DNA of 64,000 nt from Raillietiella orientalis (Eukaryota), in contig JAYWIR010000002.1 in NCBI GenBank assembly GCA_036172245.1, positions 4,092,001 to 4,156,000 of the forward strand, read 5' to 3'. Positions within the stretch are counted from its first letter, which is position 1, and the number at the start of each line of letters is the position of its first letter. Under the pieces are notes generated by a model. That model made no database searches and was not told where the DNA came from. It saw nothing but the letters and a program-made list of their open reading frames with translations. Below, one piece after another: positions 12,767 through 24,084 of this stretch. The position numbers were made by a program, and so were the translations under genes.

Positions 12767-12806
12767 GGGCGGATAAAAGGCAGGAATGGATAACAGGAGT
12801 TCAGTG
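12767..12806 (+). promoter_or_regulatory. Candidate core promoter of the K2P gene (GC box, TATA-like element, Inr-like element)
   Basis: GGGCGG at 12767-12772, GATAAAAG at 12772-12779 and TCAGT at 12801-12805. The A at 12803 lies 31 nt after the start of the TATA-like element. Both the TATA and Inr matches are imperfect. Confidence 0.3.
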
Positions 12807-13033
12807 ATCGGCAACTCTCTGCAAATCTGATCTCCCCCCCCCCTCCCTTCCCCTTTCCTGGCGTGAGGAGTTTCTGGAGACTGCACATGATCTCCACTCT
12901 CCCAGGCTCTCCGCAAACCATTTCTCCACTTTTTCCCTAACCCTTTCGTCTGTTCCATCAGCGAAAGAGGGGAGCGAGAAGGATGGAAACCTCTCGTCAC
13001 CCGGACGAGCCACGCCTCACCGCACCACCCACA

Positions 13034-13063
13034 GCGGCGGCGGCAGCAGCAGCAGCAGCAGCT
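13034..13063 (+). repeat. (GCG)3(GCA)6GCT trinucleotide tract; Ala10 in the frame of ATG 12983
   Basis: Read directly from the sequence. Confidence 0.9.
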
Positions 13064-13762
13064 TCCGGGAGAGCGGCGGTGACGGAGAGCGTTTCCTGTC
13101 TTCTCCTGAAAGCAGCAGTAGCTCGCTGCTGACGACTGCTGCCGCGCGTTCCCGACAGAGGAGTCCCGGATCCTGCGAGTACCTTCCTCGATGTTCCCTG
13201 CTACGCCGCAGTTCCACGCTGTCGTCCTTCCGGCCGCTGCCTGATCTCTCCCGTATCCAAGAGCGGCAGTAGCAGCGGCTGCAGGCGGCCTCCTCGGCGT
13301 TCACTGGCCGTTGCCCCCTCAGCCCCCGTCCTCGGGTTCTTCCACTGCCATTCGGTCCCTCAGTGCTCCCTCCTCCTTCTCCCCGTTCCCCCTTGCCCGC
13401 CGTCAACCCCCCGCCGCCACCGCTCGGGGGATGCGTGCCTTCCGGAGGAGGACCCCGCCTGGCACCGTCGCGGTCGCGCGCCGCAGTCGCCGTCGCGACA
13501 GCCGCGGTGGCAACTGCGGTCGTCGCGAGTCGACGACTTCCGGGTCGCCGCGGGACTAGTGGGACTCACGGCCCCTCCCCCCTTCCTCCCCGGCCGACAG
13601 CAGCGACTACGGAAAGGGGCGCCTTCTCGCTCCTCCCGCCCGCTTCTCCCGGCCCCTCTCCCATCCCGCCCTCCTTTCCCCTTTCTCCCTCCTCCTCCTC
13701 CTCCTCTCCCGGCATGCCACCGCCGCCTCCACGAAAGCTCGGGAAGTCGGGACGCTCGCCGG

Positions 13763-13930
13763 ATGGGGAAGAAACCACTTGAGAGCAGGTTCGACGTCCG
13801 CCGGAAGTTCTTCTCCGCGCTGCCCACGCCCCCGCCCCCGCGAGGGCGTCGGGTGCGCAAGTGGAAGAAGGTCGTGGGTCACGTGTGCCTCTTCGTGTTC
13901 CTCCTGGTTTACACGGCTGCCGGAGGGAAG
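13763..13930 (+). CDS. K2P (TWiK/KCNK-family) potassium channel, coding exon 1 (N-terminus and TM1)
   Basis: Encodes MGKKPLESRFDVRRKFF...KWKKVVGHVCLFVFLLVYTAAGGK, a typical K2P M1 helix. It ends at a consensus donor AAG|GTAAGT (13931, phase 0) that joins in frame to VFQRLE of exon 2. The start codon is uncertain because the frame is open back to 13133. Confidence 0.85.
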
Positions 13931-16899
13931 GTAAGTCGCGCGCGTTCGGGAAGAGGCGGAGGGGGAAGGGGCGTGGGCAAAACGGGGGTAGAATTGCAAA
14001 GAGGAAGGGAGAAAGCGCCCCCCACTCTCTTGCCCAACTTCCCACCTTCTTTCCCACGCGCCCCAGGCAAGGGAGAGAAGAGGAAGGACCCGCGGGGGCA
14101 GTGCACGCGGGAAGAGCGGGTCCTGGCCCTGCCCGGAAGCAGGCCGGACCACAGGCACCACCCCGCCCCCGCGGCCGAGGAAAGAGGAAGAGGAGAAAAA
14201 AGGGAGAAACCCTCTGCTTTCGCTTCCCCATCACCCCTGTCGTCTCCTCTTTGAGGCGCTCGCGCGCGCGCGCCGCGATGACGGATGGGACGTCGCCCAG
14301 GGATGCACTTCGACGATCCTTAGGATCCGCCGCGAAGGCGTCCCCCTCGGGTCCCTCGGACCCCGCCTCTCAAAGGGAGCTCTTTCTCCGGGGCATTCCT
14401 TCCCGACGAGCCTCGCGGACCTCGCTTGAGGCGTGCCGCTTCTCGCGTGGCTTGGGACGCGCCTGCTGGAGCGCCCGAGCTTCCCGCTCCTCCCACCGAC
14501 GGTCTGCCCGTTGCACTCCCTCCCTCCGTGAGGGCGTATCGTGGGTCACCGCTCTCCACGGCGAGGGGTCGCATCTTTGAGGATCAGGGAGTCCAGGGAG
14601 CTGATTGGTGTAACGGGAAGGACTTCTCCTCCCGCGCTCTCCCGGCCCACCTTTCCTTCCTTCGCCCCAGTCTTGTCCACCATGCTCGCATGCCCTCGAG
14701 CACTTTTCCTATGATGGCTTCCTTCCACTTCAGGAGGCCCATCCCGAAGGTTGACCTCGAGATGGGGGTCGCGAAGCGTCAGCGACGGTACGTTTCTTCT
14801 CTTCCTTTGCTCCTGGGAACCTCCGCAGGAGTCTGTCGCCTGCCGGGAGGCAATCTGCACCTCCGACTCTTCCCTGCAGCTTTCGGAGGGAGCACAGGGG
14901 AGTCCCCCACGTGGATTTGTCCGTCCTATGCGGCGCAGAGAATTCACGTGGAGTCAAGGAATCCCACGTGGGTGCGCTAGGTGTCCTCGGCCGCACCGGG
15001 GCCCGCCATTGGGACCGGAAGTCCCCTGCTCCCCTCCTTCCCTGATAACATGAGCGCTCCGTTCTGCCAGCGCCCCGCCGCGTCACGGGCACGCCCTTCG
15101 CGCCCGCCCGAGCAAGTTCCGGGGATTCGCCGCCCCCTCGCGAGCGGAAGGGAGCGTGAACGGGACAGGCTGTTAGGAGACACCTCTCCCTGTCCTCTGC
15201 TTTAGCGGTCCGGACCATCCTGGAAGTCGAAAAGGGAAGGGGGAGTTCCCCTCCTCACTATTCTTGCCCTCGAGTGCCGCCCTTGGCTCTCCTTCCCTCG
15301 GCTGGGGTTCCCCAGCTCTGCCTCGCCGCCGATCCCTCTCCTCCCTCTTCCTACCCTTCATGGAAGTCAAGGCGGCCCGGAGAGCGCCACTTGCTGCGAG
15401 GAACGGAACTGTCGCCCCATGTTTGTCTCTGGCAGACCCTACGCAAACAGCCAACCCTTACCCATCACCCCTTTCCTTTCTGGAGTACCCCGCGCTCCCC
15501 GGGACGAAAAAAGGGATGCAAAAAACGTCTCACAGAAGGAGTGGCCCTTCTCTCCTCCTCCTCCTCCTCCTCCTTCCATCGCTCTCCTGGAGGTGCCTAC
15601 TCTATTTTTCCCTTCAGCGCGCGTGCGACAGGCGTCATCGCCAGAAGCATCGAAGAATCGTTAGGGAGATGAATAGGAAGCAGAAGGGGGGGGGGGCGCT
15701 CTTGCGCTCCGGCGCTGCTGTGCAGACGTCCACCCTCTCACCCCTTCCGCTTCCCTTCCTGCTGGCATCTTCACACTCTGGACTCCGCAACGAAAGGAGG
15801 GGGAGGAGGGGGAAGTAAAACCGGACACTGCCGCTTTCCGCGCGGTCCTCCCTGCCGTCCCGTACGTTTATTAAAAAACACGCGGGCATTTTGACTGGCC
15901 TTGGTCCGGAAGGAGGCGGCAGAAAGATTTATGCCCTCTGCGTCCGGAGAAGCAGCTGGGAACAGGGGAGATGATGAAGAAAACAAGGCGGAGCGTCAGG
16001 AGCACAAGGTTCGTCCCAACCGTTGCCATGATGATTTCCCCCGAGAGGGTTTCTTCAGCCCCCGTTTCGTCTGACACATGCGAGTGTACCTTTTCCGGGC
16101 GTCCTCCCCGTGCCTGACGTTCCCGCAAACAGAACCTATTCACCGTCCCATCGCTTTTTCGCCTCATCCGAGCGGGAGGGCCTCAGCCTGGAGCAGCATC
16201 CGCCCTCCCCCTTTCCAGTCCTCCCCATGGGGAGGATGGGGACCTGGGAAGCGGCAGGGGCTGGCCGGATCTCCAGCACTCGCTCCTTCTTCCCCGAGGA
16301 TCTTCCGATCACCCCAGCTGGCACCCTACCTTCCTTCCCTGACTCTTCCTGTTCCTCTCCTCCTAGGGAAGCCCGCCCGTCCGCGGCTTGGTCCTGTCTG
16401 GACACAAAGCGGAGCGCCTCAGCCACCCGAGGGAGCTCTGGGGTCATGCTCACTGCCTTTCGCAGCCAATGGCTTTGCCTGCTGAAGGGCGGATCGCAAG
16501 CCCGGACGGCAGAACTGCCACCCACCCAAACCACGACGGTGACGGGGGTGAGACAGGGTGAACTCCCGCCCTAAGAGCTTGCCGAGACGAGCTAGCTCCC
16601 CTTCGGATCCGGAGCAGAGATAAACAGGGAGAGGTCCACGCAATCGCCTCCAGAAAAGCTAACACCGAGGTCATCTCAAGAGTAAGAGGATAAGGAAGGA
16701 GGAGAGGGAACAGAGGCTGCCAGCCTCAGTGTTTCTCTCTACCTCTACGAATCGGGAAGGGACCGGTCCATTCTCCCACTCGAGACAGCATGCTCTCCTC
16801 CATAAGATGGTCTCTTCTGATCTCCAAGCGACTGCTTCGGGGCCGGCGTTGCCGGAGTTTGGCAAACGAGGGGGGTCCGCCTGCCCGCAGCGACGAGTT

Positions 16900-17540
16900 G
16901 GGGGAATGGGAGTAGGTCATCCGTGCCCCGAATCTCCGAAAGGAGCCGCTGGTCAGCTGGAGAGGTGGTGGACGCCACGGGGGGGAGAGGAAGGATGAGT
17001 GGATGTTCGTCTAGACCTGGGATCGAAATCTGTTCCCTGGGCGTCCGCATACCCACGCCAGAGGCCAACCAGCCGGACGTCGTTCAGCATGCAGAACGAG
17101 CGACCCTTTGAGTTCCTCCCTCTTCCTGGAGACGGGCGTCCCGGTCCGAGACGGGAAATAAGGGCTTGAGTTCCCAAAGCACGGAGTCCCTGGAAGAGGT
17201 CTTCGACAGGAGGGGGGACGGCCCCATCCTTGAGGGAGCATCGCAAGAAGATGACTCGGAAAGTCCGCGGAAAGCGGGCGGGAAAGCGGGCGAGGGGCTG
17301 GGAATCGAACCAGGGAAGCGCAAAGACCCGAGCCGCTTCCCGTGCACAGCAGTCGAGAACACTTCGGACCTGGAAGGGAGGGAGGGAGGCCGGACCCCTC
17401 GCTTCGGGTCTTCCGGGAAGAGGGAAATGATAGGAGGAGACGCCACGAGAGATCTTCCAGATGCCACAGTCGGCGGTCGTTATCGAGATGGAGGCGTGGC
17501 CGAGAGCCATCTCTAATGCACCACCTGGAGACAGGTTCCC
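16900..17540 (+). mobile_element. Decayed RTE-like LINE reverse transcriptase fragment
   Basis: SRPGIEICSLGVRIP (cf. SxxFxIxxGVRQG), then KAGEGLGIEPGKRK (cf. GLxINxxKTK) and GGDATRDL (cf. GxxxxDI), in the expected order. Confidence 0.45.
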
Positions 17541-18189
17541 AGCAGGCGCGCGTGGGTTCTACTTCGACCACGCTGCGCCATTCCGAGGAAGTCCTCTTCC
17601 TCCTTTCTTCTTCCAGCTCCTTCTCTCCCTCCCTCCACCTCCCTTCTGCCTCCTTTTCCAGCCGATCCGCGAAAGGGACGCGAGCACGCGCTCATGTCTT
17701 TCGGATCAGCCCGTCGAAGGCTCCCCCGCGAGCTTCCTGGTCTGATGACGTCGGATGGTGATTTTCTCCGTCTCGCGGAGGGGCTAGAAGAGGGAGAAGG
17801 GGATAAGGGAAAACTCAGAGCTTCCTGAATTGCGCTGAAGATGGACCGACGCTACCACCCATCCACCCGTCTTGAATGCTGAGGGCCTTTGAGTGTATCG
17901 ACTAGGAGAGACGCCGCCTCTCTCCATTCCCTTCCTCGCTCTTCGCCTGCTCTTCATCTTCGTCCTTCTCCGCTCCTCTTTCGCCTGGTCCTCTGCTCAG
18001 GAAGCTGCACGCTCCTCTGCATTGGTGCCAAGAGGGAGGCTCTGTACTCTGCATGTTCGCTTCGCCGTTCGCGTCCCAAGGGAGTTCCACGCGAGCCCCG
18101 TGAGCCTGGCTAACTGGGACGGAAGCGAGAGGAACGGAAAGCGCGCCCGCGCGCTTTCATCTCTAGGAGGGTGGGTGGTGCAGTAGGGA

Positions 18190-18380
18190 GTGTGGCGAAG
18201 ATCTGCGGGCGGCTACGGAAGCAGGGGAGGGAGCGCACTCCTGTTTCTCCCCTGTTCGCTGGAAGGTCGAAACCACGTCCTTCTGGGAAGTGGGGGGCGG
18301 AGGACACGCGTGGCGGCAGCTCCTTTGGTTTCGCACTCCCTGCCCCATTCCAGTCGCATAGGTACAGCTCTAAGCGGACT
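18190..18380 (+). repeat. Dispersed repeat, copy 1 (partner at 21600-21830)
   Basis: Shares GCGGA.GACACGC.TGG.GGCAGCT.C...CATTCCAGTCGCA and upstream blocks with the second copy. Confidence 0.7.
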
Positions 18381-21300
18381 CCTGCCGGTCTTTTCTAGAG
18401 AGAGGAGAATTCGATCGCGGATGCAAAGCAATCCGAGCAGCTTCACCCTAACTACCCCCTGCAGGTAGAGAGCGCACGCGTGGGGCGGGCGAGAGAGGAG
18501 GAGGCGCAGAGAAACGACCCCAACAATGCCACGATCTCTCTCCAGGACATCACCAGCACTGCGCCGGCTTACTTGGAGCTCAGGACAAGATCACTCAGCT
18601 CATCAGCTGATCCCGGCTCAGGTCTCCCGCTCCCGTTCAGGGGAAAGGGGACAGAAAGAGAGAGGAAGGCAACCCTGCGACCCTGACTCCACACGACCGC
18701 TCAGTTCCCACTGTCTCGCTGCGAAGGCGCACCTGCGCTGGAGGGCAGTCTCCTCCGTCGGTTCCTCCGCGTCCGAGTTGGGGCTGCTGTCACTCTTGGA
18801 CCTGGCCGGATCTCCTCTCCCGCTCGCGCTAACCAAGTGGGGCACGCGCTCCAGGGAGTTCTGTGATGCTTCTGGACGGGATCATTGTTGCCCGAGTGCT
18901 CGGACGGTCGAGGGCAGTAGCATGGAGGGGGGAAGGAAGCAAGAAGGGCACCCACCTGACTCCACTGCCGACCTGAGCGTTGCCGGGGCCGCAGCAGAGG
19001 GTGGAAGAGGTTGCCGCTTCTGCATCCCTGGGGTATTCTTGAGTTCCTCCTTTCCTACATCCCTCTCCCCTTGCGGTTGCGCGCCCATCCGATCGGCTTT
19101 AAGGCGCACGCTGCCTCCCGGATCCCCCCCGGCAGCTCTGCGGAACCAGGAGCGCCTGGACGCGATCTCAAGGGTGCGGCGAAGTCAGACGGCCGGACGA
19201 CCCTCCTCCCGCTGGCGGGCAGGACTTTTTTCCTTCGCCCTCGATCTCTCTGTCCCTCCGGAACCCTTCTCCGCCCCAGTACAGAAGGACCCGAAGAGCA
19301 TTCTTGACTTCGGTTGCCGCAGTGACGGGAGGGCACGCTACGGACTCCCCTGCGTAGTCTCCTGAGGGACGGGCGCTCCCGGGAGTCTCTCGAGGTGCTC
19401 GACGTAGGCCCAGACCGCGCCCGCCAAAACGAGATGCTTCGAGCGTCCTTGCGTGGAGGGAGGGATTGCTGCTTCTCATCCCCCACCCCACCCGCTCCCC
19501 ACTTCAAGGAGGGAATCGTTCAGGAAAAGGAACTCCCTACCGCTTCGTCCCGCCTGACTCCACCTTTCTGCTCCCTTTCAGCCCGCGCGCCAGTGGGTGG
19601 GGAGTGGGGGAGACTTCGTTTCAGGGAACGCAGGAGGCCGCCGCCGAACATCCTCTCTCCGCCTGCCTTGCGGCGCGCCATCCCTGCGCGCCGACGCCGC
19701 CTGCCCCTGCTCGTCGCTCCTTTCTCTCCCGGCTGCGAACCCGTTCGCTCCCCCTCCCCTTCAAGACCTCCCTTCCATTCCCCCCCTCTTCCTCTCTTCT
19801 TCTTCAATCGAATCCAATTCCCTCCCATTTGCTAGCGCAGGATGCCCACGTGGCGACCAGTGACTGTCAGGCCTGAGCGTGGTTGCTAAGGTCCGGACCT
19901 GCAGTGCAACTGCGCGCGTGTGTGCCCACGCAAGCGTCGTGCAAGCGGCTGCAACCGCTCCCGATATTTTCTCTCCCGGCGGGCGGGCTGGGGAAGGGGA
20001 AGAGGGGGGAGGGGGAGGAAAGAGCCATCACAGCCATCACGTGACGACGGCAGAGGAAGGCTTTCGCGCGCAGATGACGGGAAACGAGCGACGCGGGGAG
20101 GGATCGGCCAGACTGCAAGAGGAGGAGGAGCGGAGCGAACTTGAAGCGGGAAGAGGGATGCGGAACTGGACCCGTGCGAGGGGAGGACGGTGCCTCCGGA
20201 AGTAGGGAGCGAACGGGGGAGGGAACTACTTCGTGCATCTTCGGTCTGATCGAACCCGTGCCTTGATCAGAGCGCGAGCATCCGGGCAGAGCAGGTCGCG
20301 CAGCATTGCTATCTCCCGGAGATCATCCTGACGTCTCAGGAGAATGGCCCTCCAGGGGGAGGGTGCTGCCGCTTGATCGGGTCTGAACGAATGGGTCGGT
20401 GTCGGCAGGAGGGATCCGGAGAAGATGCTGACCAGACGGGCTGAAAGCGAAGGGTTAAGGGCTCTGGATGCTCTCCTCCTGTGGATCCGGGACCCTTTTT
20501 TGCATTCCCAACGCCTTCCACAGGATTCCCTCCTCCCCTCTGGTGGATGGCAGAAAGCCGAACACGCGCGAGCTGGTGGGAGGACGCCTCGCGGAGCCAG
20601 CAGGGAAGGGAACGCGGCTGTCGCCGGATGGACATGGCGCGCGCGCCCCACTCGCCGCCTCACCCGTGGGACCTTCTCCTCGTCACTCTTTGCCTGACCG
20701 CACGTAGGAGTCGACGGCTCCCTCGCCCCTGCTCGGGAGTCCTCGATCCATGTGCCCTCGCCCGCTTTTCTTCTATGGTGTGCCCTTCCCGTTCCTTCCT
20801 TCCCCTCCTCCCTCCCTCTCGCTCCCGAAGGAAACGTCCGCTGAAGTCCTGGAGTCCGCAGGGCTCTCGGGAGGGTGCGGATGGGTCCGCATTCTCGACA
20901 GCCGTTTCTCCCCCTCGTCTCCGGAGGCGCGGAAGAGGAGGTCACCTTGCTTCCAGGGTCCAGAATGAATCCGGGATGCGCAAGCTCCTGTGGTTCCTGA
21001 TGCGAGAACAGGGACGGGAACCAAAAAAGAAAAAAAAATTAATCCCGCTGCGGGCAATTCCGGGCGATCTCCCTGCTCATTTTTCACGGCGGACCGAATG
21101 CAGATGCAGACGCTGCGGGAGTGTCTTGTGGGACCGGGAAGCAGGCTCGGCTTCCTCACGAGAGCAACAGCTGCTCGTCTTCTCCCGCAGCGGGCAGGAA
21201 GAAGGACCAGTCTCCGTTTCGTTTATCCTCGGATCCCCGGCACAAAGAGGGTTCATCCGCGTACGTGGGACCCCCCTCCCTTCCCCCCCCGGCAGCGTTA

Positions 21301-21599
21301 GTCGGAGCCGCCGTGGAATTGAATCGGCTCCCATACGCGAAGGTCCCCTAGAATTCACTCCCCCTTCGCCAAGGCCCCCGTCAGAGCACGGCGACCTCGG
21401 GTGGCTTCCTGGCCGTTCCGTAGAGCCGCACTGTTGGATCTGGGGCTCTTGGAGGGAAGCTCGAAACGGTGGTGTGGCGCCGGACTTCCGGACGGCCCGG
21501 CACAGGGGGGGGACGGTGCCGGCGCCGGAGAGCTCCCGCACCCCCGGACTGACGAAGGCGCGACAGCGGTCTGCCTCCCCCCCCCCCGTAAGAGGATGT

Positions 21600-21830
21600 G
21601 GGGAGCGGGGTGGCAAGGAGTGCAGAGGCTCCCGAGTCCTGGGGACAGGAAAAGGGGGAGGGAGGCTGCGGGAGCAGGGGGCGGGAGCACCCTCTCTCCG
21701 TTCTCTGAAGGGTCGGAGACGCGCCCTTTGGGGAAGGGGAGGAGCGGAAGACACGCATGGAGGCAGCTTCCTCGGACTTCGCCCTACCCGCCCTCATTCC
21801 AGTCGCACGGATGCTTGAGGCTCCAGCGGA
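21600..21830 (+). repeat. Dispersed repeat, copy 2 (partner at 18190-18380)
   Basis: Diverged direct copy of 18190-18380; family unidentified. Confidence 0.7.
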
Positions 21831-22390
21831 TGGCGGAATTTCGATCCCCCCTCTCGGAGCCTCCGCGATGCTTTCGCTGTCCGGGAACAGGGAGTCTGGA
21901 TAAGTTCGCGTTTTGCTCCTCCGGGACGACACGAGATCCCTCCTTCACAAAGGGAGAGGGGGAGGGGAGACCCGGAAGCGCAAGGACCGGCGTCGACGTC
22001 TCTTCTGTGGGGCAGGCAACGTTCCAGGAATTTTTCGGCAGAGTGAGACCCCACGTAGCTTCCCAGGGACTAGGTCGCCGCGAAACAACCAGGAAGATGG
22101 GGCAAGGGCAGCCAGGGAAACGATCTCCAGGCTGGGCAACAAGAAAACCAAGGGATGCGGTCGTGACGCCCCGACTAAAACCGCTTGGGCATCAAAGCGG
22201 GGAGCGTGGCAGCGTCACCATCAGGACAAGCGCGCGCGCCTCCCGTCCGCGAGCAGCCGGAACATGTGAAGCTCGTCTCTCCCGTTCCGGGCGGGCGCCA
22301 TCGCACGCGACAGGCTTTGCCATGGAGGTCTCCAGCAAGGAGGACCCGAACTAACGTGGCGTCTCTGTCCTGTAACTCCCTGAGATGCGC

Positions 22391-23160
22391 GCCGGCCTGG
22401 CCGTGTGGCTGCCGCGGCCTCTCCGCGCGCGCGGCACCGAGTGTCGCGGGTTCGAATCTCGCCCGGGGAAGCATCAACGCCGAGAAATAGGGAGGATGCG
22501 CCCCGCAGGTTTCGAGTCTCCCTTCCTTCCGCAGGATGGCGCTGGTTGGCTTCGGTTGGTTTCGAGTGCGACACTGGCGGAAGCCAGAAACTCTCGGATG
22601 CCCCTGTCGACTGGCCTCCGTGATCGGAAGTTGACCCTCCGGAGTCCTCCCAGGAGTCGGGGAGCCCGTTTTCTCCGGGGTTCCCCCTCCGGTTGCGAAA
22701 TTGGGAACACACCACAGAGCTGGTTGATACCCCCTTCGGGGGATCGACTCTCCGGAGCGCCAGAAGCACCGCTGCTCCCTTCGGAGAGGCGCCCCCCGGA
22801 GAAATTCTGAAGCGCTCCTTCGGGGAAGTCCTTCAGAGGAGCGAACAAGGAATGGCTCCTTTCCGGAGGTTTCCTCCGAGAAATAATTAGGAAAGACCTT
22901 CCATCTGGGGTTTCTACAGGAGAAGAAGAGGGTGAGGGTTCCTCTCGGGGTTTCCCTTTCAAGATTCAGAGAGGGACGGACCCTTTCCTCCGGAGCCTTC
23001 CTGGATTCTTGGGGTGCTCCCTACGGGGTTGCCTCCCAAACTGAGACGTGAGCCGCTTCGCATCCCGGAACAGCGTGTCACCGATTGGGACTCGGGAGGA
23101 AACTCGGGCGACCCGACCTGTTTCCGGGGAGACGGACAAAAGTTCCTTTCCAGATCTCCG
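22391..23160 (+). mobile_element. tRNA-headed SINE-like element, copy 1
   Basis: A-box-like TGGCCGTGTGG at 22398 and B-box GGTTCGAATCT at 22449, with a second B-box-like motif near 22510. Colinear with the reverse complement of 24085-24894. Confidence 0.7.
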
Positions 23161-23334
23161 CGGGAGTTTGGCAAACCTGCAACCCTTCGCGATGCATTCG
23201 AAGCAGGTGGACGCTGCCCGACGTCATACTGCAGACAAGGTGGTCGCCCCGAGCGATCCCTCCCGTAGAGCCTTCCTCACGGGAACGGAGCGAACGGTCC
23301 GACGCCGGCAGCTCTTGAAGTCCTGACTGCTTTC

Positions 23335-23800
23335 TGCGTCCAGGGTTGCTACGGGACGCCATCCGCATGCGGCAAAACCTCGGCTATCTTTTTGCCTCTG
23401 GGGCACGTGCACACTGATCCCTTCTTGCGCCCTGCCGACGGACCCGGACGAGCCGTACGCGAGATGCACGTATGCACCCCCAGGCGCCCCGTTGGAGCGG
23501 GCGCAGCGGGATGGCAGTTCCCCTTCTTCCTTACCGGGATGCGTGCAGCCTCGCGGGAAGTCCGAGACGTGCCGCGACCACCCCGTGGTCTCGATGGGGG
23601 TCGTCCAATCAGATCGCTTCTTTCTCTCCTTCCTCTTTCCTTGTCGGCACCGCCGCGACCGACCTGCCCTTCCTCCCTCGTCCCTCCCGTCGAACTGGCG
23701 GCGCAGGCGTTCGCCTTCCGGAGGGCGAGATCCTGCTCCATTTCGCAGACTCCTGTCCCAGTCATCTTCGCGGACCGCCCTGAAGTCTGCCGCGTCCGAG
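23335..23800 (-). mobile_element. Decayed RTE-like LINE 3' fragment
   Basis: Nucleotide similarity to the 27860 and 29785 fragments (GGTTGCT..GG...ATCTTTTT...TGCACCC), plus C-terminal RTE-like remnants. Confidence 0.35.
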
Positions 23801-24084
23801 CACCCTCCCTGGCAACCCTGGCTTCACCTCCAGAGGGATTCGCTCATCTTCCGGCATTCCGGGGGCGATCGCGTACCGCTGCCCAGGGCGACCGCGAGAA
23901 TCGGGGAGCGGGGAGAGAAAAGCCGCTCCAGCTGGCGCTTTCCCGGTTCGGGCGAAAGCACCCGGCGAGGCGCGAAGGGGGAGGGGAGAGAAACGAGGGA
24001 GCGCTCTGTTTCTACGGTTCCCGCAAACGTCAGGGAATTTCCTTCGCTCCTTCACAGCGGAATCCCCCGGAAAGGGCCGAGGAG

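Noticed and set aside
20481..21818. 445-aa ORF, and similar long ORFs at 27335-28558, 38723-39982 and 23492-24469
   Set aside because: Arg/Pro/Gly/Ser-rich with no recognisable domain, and overlapping ORFs occur in several frames. This is expected in GC-rich stop-poor DNA, and most overlap TE fossils.
22391..22470. Possible tRNA gene
   Set aside because: A and B boxes are present but there is no clean cloverleaf, and homology to a second copy continues for ~700 bp, so it is a SINE head.
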